Shown one piece after another: positions 52,334 through 64,000 of a stretch of DNA of 64,000 bases. A program made the translations under genes and the position numbers. Source of the stretch: Eledone cirrhosa (Eukaryota); assembly GCA_964016885.1 (NCBI GenBank), contig OZ024740.1, positions 263,748,001 to 263,812,000 on the forward strand, given 5' to 3'. The notes under the pieces are model-generated. The model searched no databases. It saw nothing but the letters and a program-made list of their open reading frames with translations, and was not told the DNA's origin. The first letter of the stretch is position 1, and each line of letters opens with the position of its first letter.

Positions 52334-53044
52334 ACACACATACACACACACACACACACACCAACACACACACACACACACACTCACACACACACATACA
52401 CACACACACACCCACACACACACCCACACACCCACACACACACATATTTGTCTCAATAGACACCTGAACTGTTTACCTTTCAACATGACTGCAATTCACA
52501 CGCACACCACTACTGACAATTATCACAACAATGAACCTCTTTACTACACACACATACACACACACACACACATATTTGTGTTAATAAACTTAATTTTCAG
52601 TGACTTCTCAATCAGGCGAAAAAGGACACTCTTCGACAAACCTACATTTGGCGCAAAATCAATGTTTAACATTCACGTGACCTCTCACCGACCAATCAAT
52701 ATTGTTTTGACTACAAGAACTTTTTCAACACGAATTGGCGCGAAATTTATAGTACTCATTCACGTGACATTCAACAACCAACCAAATCTTAATACCGCTG
52801 GAGCCACTTTTTTCACATAAAACAGGAAGAATTTCCAAAACTGATCTGATTAGAGCAAACATCACGGGCGCTCTATCTCAAAATTATTTTTGAAAAGCAT
52901 TAGAAATGCCCAACCGTTAAAAACTTAAAACTAAAGCTGAATACTAACCAGTACTTATTACTAATTTATACTTATTCCTAATTAAACTATTTTTCACTGG
53001 GAAAAATTTGTCAGCATTTTCTTTTCCTTTTACTAATATATAGT

Positions 53045-53137
<93 letters not shown>

Positions 53138-53304
53138 CGTTGTTTTGAAAATTAGGTTTGTTCATAAACAGCGGAAGTTCTATTTCACTATCTAGTTATA
53201 TATCATTATATATATATCCGTCACATAGTCACTTTGTATCTCTCTCTTCACACACTCTCTCTTTCTTTCTCGCTCTGTCTCTCTCTCGCTCTCTCTCTCT
53301 CTCA

Positions 53305-53325
<21 letters not shown>
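49270..53325 (-). mobile_element. 5'-truncated Penelope-like element (Neptune-like) between long inverted pseudo-LTRs
   Basis: Coding remnant 51857-50805: FLDI..TDIYYKPTD, CNRPNC and FTCVSENVIYLLTCLGCREQYIGQT. ~49270-50270 is the reverse complement of ~51940-53325. A partial third copy lies at 48443-48548. Confidence 0.9.
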
Positions 53326-53369
<44 letters not shown>

Positions 53370-54929
53370 AGTGGTGGTGGTGGTTGTGGCGATATACCGG
53401 AAGTATTGACATTTGAATCCTTTAAAAGAAGTGAATCTTGAAATATGCAATAAAACTATTTATGATGAATCATTTGTTTACGAAATTGCGTAGATAAATT
53501 ATGTAATATTCATTCGTTATCTATTCAAAGTAATCCAACTTATTTTACAAACGGGGTTAAAAAATATATTCTGCTCGTTGTCCCGCACTCCTTACTTTAT
53601 TATAGTATAGATTCGTTGTGTCATACAGAATCTCTCCGTGAACTACGTTAAGTTTTCAACCATTTACAAAATAGTCACTTCCGACTACACCACAACCAGT
53701 ATTCGGCATACGAAATGCATACGAAGTAGACAAATCTCTGATACATCAGTCTCACTGCCATATATGAATATTAAAATATACAGAGTTAACTCCCTGTCTA
53801 TTCAGACTCGGTGATAAATTAAATGCCACAAAGTCCTAATAAAGATAAATATTAACAATTACCATTAATGACAAAAGCAAAAAGCAAGATATTTTTTGAA
53901 GCTCAACTGAATGATTCTAATTTAATCAATACATGAAATATATTTTTCAGCTTCTAAGGGTGAATTTTTAATCAGAAAATACATTTACAGAACTAAATAG
54001 TAAATAAAGTAAAAGAAATGTGAATGAGAGAAGAAAAGGGAATGAAGGAAATGTAGATGGAGTTTAAATGACTTAAATGAAAAGATGGGGAAAAGATCGA
54101 GGCTACGAATAAAGTCAAAGATATTTGTGTAAACGCAACTTGTGAATATAAATTCTATAAATTCAAAACCAAAAAGTATATTTGATACCTAACGTGGTTT
54201 CAATTGTCATTGTTATTTATGAACCAAACAAAACAGTTAAAATCTAATAAATATGAACAGCGCGTAATGAATTTTTTCCATATATATTATATATGAATAA
54301 TTTGTGTTGAGATAATTAATCTATCTAACTATCTATCTATCTGTCTTTTACTCCCCCCTCTCTCTCTGTCTCTCCCCATCTCTCTCTCTCTCTCTTAGCG
54401 TCAAATATAGCGAACAATTCTTTCATCGAGAGTATGCTTCTAAACTACTATGATGGTGTAAGGCACAATTATATAGAGGAATGGGTATAGCCAATGAAAA
54501 TGGGATAATTTTAATATTTCTTTGCTACTGTAGGGGACATGGAGTTATACATGAACGAGGAAACCTCAACAAACAAGGTTGGTGTCCTAGATATAGTTGC
54601 AATACTTCCCTCAATTCTCACCCTAACGAGGAATACTTGGAAAAGTGTATCGTACATTCATCTTTATTCAGATAAAATGATATACACAGTTGAAAATATT
54701 TTCATCATATGTTTCTATCAAGACGATGGACCTTGAAATAAAGAGCAATAACAATAGCCCAGAGACGACGAAGCATCCTCTGCTTAATCCGTCAACATAT
54801 TAAAAAGCTCCGCCACACCTCCTTCAAATCACGCGCCCGCATCTTATATAAGGCAAGCACACGTTATAGGATGTTGTTTTACATTCCATTTAAAAGGTTC
54901 TGGCTAATAGAATAACTTTTGAATATTCT

Positions 54930-55105
54930 GGTGAGGCGTTTAATTTCAGATCGTTACGTTCCCAGTTCAAAACTCTGCGAGGCTAACTTTGCATTTTAAC
55001 CTTCCGTGGTCGATAAAAGCGAGAACTAATCAAGTACTGGGGTTGATTAAAACAACTTTCCGCTTCCTGTAATTTTGCTGGCCTTCTGCCTAGAAACGAA
55101 ATTAA
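54930..55105 (+). mobile_element. Diverged SINE (same family as 31985)
   Basis: CTTTGCATTTTAACCTTCCGTGGTCGATAAAA..TTGCTGGCCTT.. Confidence 0.7.
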
Positions 55106-55292
55106 TATCCAGGTATGTTTTGAAACGTAGTATATACAGGTAGCACTAAATACAGCAACTATTTCCTCCTACTCACAGCTATTGCAACAACTAACATCAT
55201 ACCTTCGGTCAACAATAATATTACTATCATTTCTCTCATACATATTCAGACACCCTCACACACACACACATACACACACACACACACGCACA

Positions 55293-55610
<318 letters not shown>

Positions 55611-57675
55611 TGTAAATCAACAGGTTAAAATTAACTTTGTTCATTCATAGTCGGTGATAATCATTATGCAACAGCTATGACCTCATCAGACAGCTAGAAT
55701 TTGAATAGCAAAAAAAAAAACAGAATAATATAATGGTGGAATAAAGCTTACTTCTGTTATTTAGATTTGTCGATATCTTCAGTGCTGTTGTTTTCTCAAG
55801 GCACCGGTAGCATATGATTTAGAATGAACGAATTCACACCATCAGTAGAATTTACCTCCTTGCCATTGGTCAGATTTAGTTTCACCATTTCAATAGCAAG
55901 TCTATTCAATTTCGCATGTCAGTTGTCCTGGTATCAGGTCAGGATTAGGTTGATTTTAGCAGCCAACTGAAGATACTCTTATATAGGAATGTTTTTCGGC
56001 CTCTGTGACCTCTGTAGTTGTATTAGTAGTAGCAGTGTTAATATAATACTACTACTGGTTGTAAGAGAATGTATTGGAATTGTTAGTGAAACTTCCAAAT
56101 ATATAAACAGATATGGGACGATTAGAGAAACGGAAATGTGTATACCTATCAATGGTATTTGATGAAGTCATAACTGTTGTATAATGATTATCACCGAAAT
56201 ATATATAACAGCGATTATGATTAAGCGAAGTTAATATTAACCTGTTGACTTCCACTCCTTATATATATATGTTCATTATCCATATGAAATTTACATTAAG
56301 ATGAAGTTAAAATGTGCAATAAAGCTTGCTAATTTCAGATTCGTATCTCTATATTTGATATATTATGACTAAATGTATTACTATACACCATAAAATACGT
56401 TTATGATGTATTAAAGATCGATTTTATATATAAATATTCAACATTAAATGGTTTATTTGTTCTTATTCTCGTGAAATATCTCGGCAAACATCAAAAGACG
56501 TTTGATATTTCTGTATGATGACATTAGTGGCCTGGTAAAGATATTTGATACACATATTCTCTCAGAAGAACAAAATAATTAGAAATAACTATTCACTGAG
56601 TACATGACTAGTAAAGTATTAATAATTACGGTAAATATGTGTGGCTACTGCAGATAGTTTTCAATCTCATCAAATTTCTTCTGTACCGAGATAATTTATC
56701 GAGGTTTGTGTGTGTTTGTGTACGTGTGTCTCTGTGTCAGTGTTTGTGTGTGTGCTTGCGTGTATGTGTACAGGGCTGCTATCTAAGCTAAGAATAAGAA
56801 TCGATTTACTGTAAACTTATTCAATTGTGTGTCAATCAAATATATATTTTAAATTATTTATGCGATAAAGATAATAGTAAATTAACTTAGTGACAAAGCA
56901 GTGGCACAAACATAACTATACATTTTAATATCGATTGGCTTCTGACTAAGTATTCGCCGTGAATTCATTTTTAATCCATCTATGAAAGAAGACATTAATT
57001 ACTACACTCTAATAACAGATAAACATTCACAGTTCTTGGTATTGAATAATAAAATGTGTCACATGCCTCTATCATAATCAGTTGAAGTCGGAAAAAATTA
57101 TTTACAAAATAAACCTCACATATTCCAAATGGTTACAAAAAAGGGAGCAGTTTATTCAGTTCTTAAATCGAAACAATGGTTTGATTTAAGGTAGCTTTCC
57201 ATATGTAAGGTCATCACATGTTTATTGGATTACGCGATCGTTAAAGAAGTTATAGTTGTGATGTGTGTTGGCTATTATTTACTAATAATAAACTTCTGGT
57301 TGGTCAATTAGGGTGATAAGGTAGAATCGATGCTATACATATTCCCAAAATCCACAACAAAGTTGTTATTGTCTCTTTCCATATGTTACAACAATTGTAT
57401 GCTTAATTATATGAAATTATCGCACCATCTCATTCAACGTTCCTTCCATCAAAAACCTTTGAGTTTCCTTTGGGGAAATAACATCACATGCCCGGTCGCC
57501 CCCCTGTATCAAGAAAAGTAAACCTTTTCCAAATTTAAAATGTTCATATAATATCTCATTACCGTTTCAGGAGCTCGGGTTGCCATAACTGATAGTCCTC
57601 AGCGAAATGTATATTACGGATTCTAATAAACCAAAACCAAATGAATATGGCCTCGGATTTGTATATATGTATATA

Positions 57676-57768
<93 letters not shown>

Positions 57769-58155
57769 GATGTGTGCAATATGCAGTGGAAGGCAGCTAG
57801 GTGGCTGGGTTCATGCAGTATATATGGAACGAATACATGGAACATTACATTCATGTAACCATCTTTTTTACCTTAATTTATATTCCTTTTGAACTTCCGA
57901 TGAACTGCTCCAATTTTAGCTAATATGACAAATTTTACCAATAATGATGTATAATCATTTGATCCAGAAACATTATATGGAGTAGCAAAACAATTGTAAA
58001 CGGACATCATTAGTATTATTATTATTATTATTTACATTCCTTACATTAAACTAAAACTATGTTGACAATCTTTTAATAATGTCTTCCTTGGGAAATTTGT
58101 GGTCTTGTTTTGCTTAACTAATGAATATATATATATATATATATATATAAATATA

Positions 58156-59535
58156 CGAATAAGAAAATGTGAAGTAGTTGCAGATGTTAAAGTCCTTTAA
58201 TGATAATGCTGTGATACATATTTCAATGACAACAGTGGCCACACGCTTCGGTGTACCCAGTGCCGTGACATCATTAGAGAGCTTCTTACATAATAAGGTT
58301 ATGTTTCCGAGGCAATCCAAATTGAATCGACAGGGGAACGAACAAAGCGTGTGTTATTGAATCCTTCGCCCGTTTCCCTGTGAGTCCCAATCCACCCCCA
58401 CCGGTCTGCGCAGGCGCAAGTCCGAAGGAAGTTGACCATCCACTACCCCAAAGTTCTACGAAACTGGCCTAGGCAGATCCCCCTCTCAACCAAACAATTA
58501 CCCTATCCAGGTCTGTAATATGACACGGTTATAGTTTACTGCTAGCCGCCCTGCCAGTGGCAGTTGGCCGAAACCTAGTGGGGGTGGGACAGTATGAGTT
58601 TCGGTAGGTCTCAATACTACCCCTAAATTATACCTGTACAATGAGAATATAAACTTATTTCTAAGTATTATGGTTTCACAGTTGAAATTCTGATTGAAAA
58701 TTAGAAATTTAAAAAAATTACAAGTTAAAATCTTGATTGAAGTAAGTAAAATAATATGTACATATAATAACTAATAAATAGGGAGATGTTTAAATTATAG
58801 TAAGAAGTTTTGAAAGGGGGATCAGTATTACATATATATTATCCATATATTGGACGATAGTACCGTACAGTAGAACGGAGGGTAAATTACAGTATGAGAC
58901 GTAGTAATTAGGCAAATAAATAGTTCATATTTCTATCACATGAATCAAAACAAAACATTCAAAATATAGTATACAAAAAATACAAAAAATACATATGAGA
59001 GAGGCGATATATATGAAAAAAATATTCGAGGAAGGTAAACTGTATGGAAATGAGGGTATAAGTGGTTAAAATGCTTGTCAATATTGTCCATGTAAAGTGC
59101 ATATAAAAATTTGTTATCGGATGAAGTGAGGGGGCTTCCGTTCAAGGCCTCTGTGCAAATGCAATTTGCTGCAGGAAAATAAGGGGTTTATCGTTGTTTT
59201 TAGTTCCGCGTATTTCCCCTGTCGAAAGTTAGTTTATAATTTTATGTCCGTCCAGTAGCAGGGATTTCCAGTGTGTGTCATCAATCGCCATGGTAGAGGG
59301 AATTTCCGTGTGTAGCTGGTGGCTGGTTCCTCTCTTCTCCACTATATCGGTTACACCATAGAGCGCTCAACGCTTTGGAGCTAAATTCTTAAGGTAAACA
59401 TTGATGTAATTCAATTCAAGCTCTCAACGTACGTATTCCACATAGGAGCGACTGAGTATATTTCGAATAAGAAAATGTGAAATAGTTTCAGATGTTAAAG
59501 TCCTTTAATGATAATTCTGTGATACATATTTCAAT
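58156..59535. mobile_element. Terminally redundant element next to (TA)n (period 1308 bp)
   Basis: ~72-bp direct repeat CGAATAAGAAAATGTGAA.. at 58156 and 59464; no recognisable ORF. Confidence 0.65.
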
Positions 59536-59759
59536 AAATATATGTATATATACGATGGACTCTCCCGTCGATATCCGACGTATGAGTGTCCAACAAAAGT
59601 TAAATGAACGAAAGTGAACTGATGTTGAACTACCCATACAAAGTTTTGTTTTGAGTGGTGAAGGCTTGTGTAGGACCAACCACACTTTTTGGAACTGACG
59701 ACACATATCTTCGCTGCAAATGTAAAATACAACGACAGCCCTCACAAAAAGAAAAACAG

Positions 59760-59891
59760 TTACTATTTGGATGGCCGTTGATTCTGCTGAGTTCCTCCGC
59801 CCTATGCCGGGTCTTGTATTTCATCCGGCAGGTTGTCCAAATATAACCCTCTTCACCAAGCAGGCTTGGTGGGGTTGTCGGTTTAGTCACC

Positions 59892-59894
<3 letters not shown>
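59760..59894 (-). mobile_element. Diverged homolog of the element D 5' region
   Basis: GACTAAAC..CAACCCCACCAAG..TTGGTGA.GAGGGT..TTGGACA.CCTGC..GGCCATCCAAA is shared with 38156-38288. Confidence 0.75.
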
Positions 59895-59932
<38 letters not shown>

Positions 59933-60462
59933 TATGCATCCAGAATGTTGCGTGTAAGGAGGCGGAAAAAGTATTTTTTGAGGCGGATAGTGAACACTGC
60001 TCATCTTGAACAGTAGATACTATTGCTGTGGCATATTTTATAAGGATCGCTTCCCATGTGCAGTAATTTCCTCCTATCATTGCGTTCAAATCCCGAAGGA
60101 GTGTAAGCATCTCTAAGGGACTAAAGCTATAGGAATGTATGGGATCGGAGAAGACATAGCCACACTTGTAAGCTGACATTCCTCCATCTTTTTGCAGTCA
60201 CGAGCTGGAATATCCTCGAAAACATTCTAAACAACTCAAATATTTCTAATTGAGCTGTTCCCCGAAGAATTCTCCACATACCGCGGCAGCACCAAGTCCC
60301 AGACCTTGAGATTATGAAGTGGTTGCGCATCCACAGTTTTCGCACATCCCTGTAGACTAATAATGCGGAGTTACTTACCTATCTATTTGTCACTATCGTG
60401 ATATAACATGGTTAATCCACCTTCTGAAACCATCATAAAACTATGAAAAGATTAAGTACTAA

Positions 60463-60530
<68 letters not shown>

Positions 60531-60537
<7 letters not shown>

Positions 60538-60560
60538 TACGTACATATATATATGTGTGC

Positions 60561-60639
<79 letters not shown>

Positions 60640-61078
60640 TATGCATGCTACTGTACGTCTGTATACATATATGTATGTACATATACATACATACTTACAT
60701 TTAAGTAAGTGCCGAATTAAGAGTGAGAAATTAAATTTCGTTTCATTCTATTACAACTTATCGTTTTCGGTGCGCCTGGCCGACTGAACTCACTCGATAT
60801 GCAAATTAGGCTGCTCAGCCGTTAATTTTCATAAGGAAAGTATATACTTTCGAACGTTCAACCATCTGGCAGAAGGGTATACGGTGCTGATGATAGCTAA
60901 GAAGCTTGAAACTAGTACATGGTTCCTGTGTCAGTGTTGAACAAAAAGGTGACGTGGTTGCCTTAACACCGTACGGCATAAATTAGGCTGCCCGTTTGTT
61001 TACAAACGGACAAAGCGGGCGTTATAATAAACGTCCGCTAAACTGATACGTACATATATATATGTGTACCTGTATGTA

Positions 61079-61109
<31 letters not shown>

Positions 61110-61170
61110 GCATGCTACTGTACGTCTGTATACATATATGTATGTACGTATACATACATACTTACATTTA
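60531..61170 (+). mobile_element. Family E copy 2: ~1.25 tandem units (period 509 bp, TA-expanded)
   Basis: AAACTGATACGTAC at 60531 and 61040; homologous to 4430-5087; TA tracts on both sides. Confidence 0.85.
60881..60923 (+). ncRNA. Type I hammerhead ribozyme
   Basis: ACGGTG CTGATGA T-AGCT-aaga-AGCT-T GAAAC TA GTA CATGGT: complete core, 5/6-bp stem I, palindromic stem III (ACTAGT); predicted cut after 60917. Confidence 0.8.
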
Positions 61171-61185
61171 TATATATATACATAT

Positions 61186-61508
61186 ATTAGATAGTGAAAT
61201 AGATCGTCCACCATATTTTTCACTAAGTAAATTAGCCTAATAGTCGGAGTTATAAAAAAAAACAGAATAGAAAAAGGATGAGCATTGACGTACATGGGAC
61301 ACGAACCCACATCTTTGGCTATCATGACCAGTGTCGACCATTACGCCAATACGTCACCCACCAAATCTCCAATCAATTTGAAGCTATATAATCATACCGA
61401 CGATACAAAGATTGGCGTTTTGAAAATTTGTTTGGCTTACAAAGAGCGGAGAATTTGAAAATTAGATAGTGAAATAGAGCTTCCGCCGTATTTTTGACTA
61501 AGTAAATT
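61186..61508. mobile_element. Terminally redundant element in (TA)n (period 275 bp) carrying a tRNA-like unit
   Basis: 48-bp direct repeat ATTAGATAGTGAAATAGA.. at 61186 and 61461. Confidence 0.75.
61287..61355 (-). ncRNA. tRNA-like Pol III unit (non-canonical; anticodon arm ~3 nt short)
   Basis: Acceptor stem GACGTAT/GTACGTC, A box TGGCGTAATGG, T arm GTGGG-TTCGTGT-CCCAT, and a TTTTT run 11 nt downstream. Confidence 0.65.
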
Positions 61509-62131
61509 GTATATATATATATATATATATAGCGAGAGAAAGAGATGGATGGAAAGATAAAGAAAGATAAAGATATATTTAATGCACTAAAATCCTAGGG
61601 AATTCCAGGTGTTAGCTGATCTCCTTGCCTCTTTTCTTCTATCTCATTCTATATTTTTTCTGCCTTCCATTTTTCCCCTCAGGTCAGCTACAAATCACTC
61701 GTTCTCAGTGTTCAGCTACTCTACACAGTGTCCATATCGTCTTGCTGTTTTGTCTTTCGACTAACATCCAAATTTGTTACATTTTTTTCCTTTCCATTTT
61801 CTCCCGGCTACTGATTGCACACTGTATCTCGTTTTATCGTTTTTAGTCTTAGTTAGAAGCACCCTGGAATGTATGTATACCTTTGACCATGTATGTATGA
61901 GTTTTATCGAAGATACTCATTTCATCGTATTTTACTGTGTTCTGCCATCTTGTCATGTCTTGCAATCACTGATACACTGGGAGGAATGATACTAATTATA
62001 AGGCACTAAACTCTTTGAGATCTCCAGTAGTTAGCTGAGGAAAATGATGCGTTCGTGATTTTCTTTTGTTACGCGTATTCACATTTTGAATCATACAAGC
62101 ATAAATATTAGGGTGGGTTAGAAAGTTCATT

Positions 62132-62206
62132 CATGCACAATTTCATAGCTCTATCACTCCATTATAATGACTATAATGGAGTGATAGAGCAATGGAATTG
62201 TGCATG
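62132..62206. repeat. Imperfect palindrome (35-bp arms, 5-nt loop)
   Basis: CATGCACAATT..CTCTATCACTCCATTATA-atgac-TATAATGGAGTGATAGAG..AATTGTGCATG. Confidence 0.9.
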
Positions 62207-62224
62207 CATTAATTTCAATTCTTC

Positions 62225-62415
62225 TTATCAATAACTGTCTTTACTTTAGGCACAAGGCCAGCAATTACCCAGTGCATTACTGGTACTTTATTTTATCGAC
62301 CCCGTAAGGATGAAAGGCAAATTCAACCTCGGCCGGATTTGAACTCAGATCGTAAAGGGACGTAACTATGCTGGAAAGCATGGCGTCCGACCTTCTACTG
62401 ATACTGCCAATCCAC
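62225..62415 (-). mobile_element. tRNA-derived SINE (same family as 31985)
   Basis: Reverse complement of 43178-43372. Confidence 0.85.
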
Positions 62416-62841
62416 ATTAATAACGGCATCATTTCTGTCCAGGGACTATGCTGAAAAATAAACTTCATTTGGTCTTTCCATGAGAGTATCTTGGTCAGCC
62501 TAAAGCATTTTCAGTCGACCCTGGTACATACATAACTTCATATATATACACACACACACACACACAACCACACATCCCCATACAAACATTTACACACACA
62601 TGTACATACTTTCCCACTCACGGTTTTCATTCTATCAAGCCTGCTAGCCTGCTGTAATTTGTTTCTTGTTTGTCCGTTTCTTATTTTCGTTTCCTACATA
62701 ACTTTACAGCCAACCGCCGACATACAGAGTTAATGCCCCCAACACACTGACACAACGATTTATATATATTAATTCTCAATAATATTTAACACAGCATATC
62801 AACTACGGGCAGTTTTTTTCTAATTTATATATCTCTCTCTC

Positions 62842-62945
<104 letters not shown>

Positions 62946-63097
62946 CGTGCGTGTGCTTATGCGTGTGTGTGAGGTTATGCGAGTGCGCTATTGTGTGTGT
63001 ATGTAAGTATGTATGTGTGTATGTATGGTTGTATGCGTGCGCGTATATGTGTTTGTGTATGTAGTCGTATATTCAATCACGAACATTCAGACGCCCA

Positions 63098-63134
<37 letters not shown>

Positions 63135-63240
63135 TTGAATTTTGTACATGGATACGATCAAATATTGTATATACATCGATATATAGGTGTTTACATACAC
63201 ACAAATATGCCCAAACACTCCCCCCCCCCCAAACATAATG

Positions 63241-63276
<36 letters not shown>

Positions 63277-63888
63277 TACTCACCACACACACACATATAT
63301 GTATATATATATATACTTATAAGCATACATTCATATATAGTGTATATAAGTGCAGTGACTACTATGGATTCAAATCCGCTCAGAGCTTCCAAAATTTGTT
63401 TGTTACTAAACAATACACAACATAGATGAACTACCCTACGTTACTTGTTTTTCCTCTTCTTCTCTGCACTTGTATCTCCCTATTTTTTCTTGCTTCTTAT
63501 TAACCTCCCTCCTACTGGCTTCTTTTCGTTACCATATTAGCTATTATGACCCATAGCTATGCCACTTCATTCTTTGCTCTATAGCGCAGCACTGTTTATA
63601 GGCTTGTCAGTTCCGGTTGATATACTTGTTGTTATCGTTGCTACTGTAGATATTTTAGTTGTTTTGCTGTACAAGTTTTTTTGTTTGTTATTATTATTGT
63701 TACATCTGTTTTTTTTCTGTTGTTATGGGTTTGTAATGTTATTTTGTTGCTGGTGTCCTTGTTTATATTAGTTAGTATTCCATATAAGATCACCACCATT
63801 TTCTATCTTATTCTCTTTTCCCATCCATTTCCAATCCTGCTTTCTCCACCTGTACACCTTTACCCGGGGAGTATATATATATATATTC

Positions 63889-63921
<33 letters not shown>

Positions 63922-64000
63922 CATATATATATATGTGTGTGTACATACATACATATATACATACATATATATATATATACATATATATATATGTGTGTAT

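Noticed and set aside
57555-57610. CTGAGGA...TGAAACGGTA on minus (also CTGTCGA..GAAACGTGTC at ~48885-48912)
   Set aside because: Stems I and II do not pair convincingly; may be chance or heavily decayed.
59940-60360. LLRDLNAMIG resembling the APE GDxNA motif
   Set aside because: Single degenerate motif without the other APE motifs in frame.
61287-61355. Functional tRNA gene
   Set aside because: The anticodon arm is ~3 nt too short and mispaired; reported only as tRNA-like.

Overview
Eukaryotic, AT-rich, microsatellite-saturated DNA with no host gene I can support. SINE and microsatellite content suggest an invertebrate, possibly a cephalopod (inference only). The window is almost entirely retroelements, sorted by microsatellite type. 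(1) A (TTA)n tract at ~5.9-20.7 kb holds four copies of an R4/Dong-like RLE LINE (all minus strand), one apparently intact two-ORF Tx1/L1-clade LINE and a 3' stub of it (both plus strand). (2) Two (TATG)n tracts (1-4.2 kb and 32.5-38.9 kb) hold two other R4-like RLE families (minus) and a non-coding RTE-derived element (plus) with a 94-bp target duplication. (3) (TA)n tracts hold Penelope-like elements (PLEs) and many short non-coding elements that are terminally redundant or fold-back palindromes. Reading these by eye reveals about a dozen type I hammerhead-ribozyme motifs, most with a palindromic stem III. They include U3-A8 core variants, a recurrent U.U pair at the base of stem II and one 116-nt stem II insertion. 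A ~420-nt hammerhead-bearing unit shows covarying helices and different circular permutations in two copies (retrozyme/circRNA-like). The apices of the long palindromes coincide with the hammerheads. All structures were derived manually; no database search or folding program was run.
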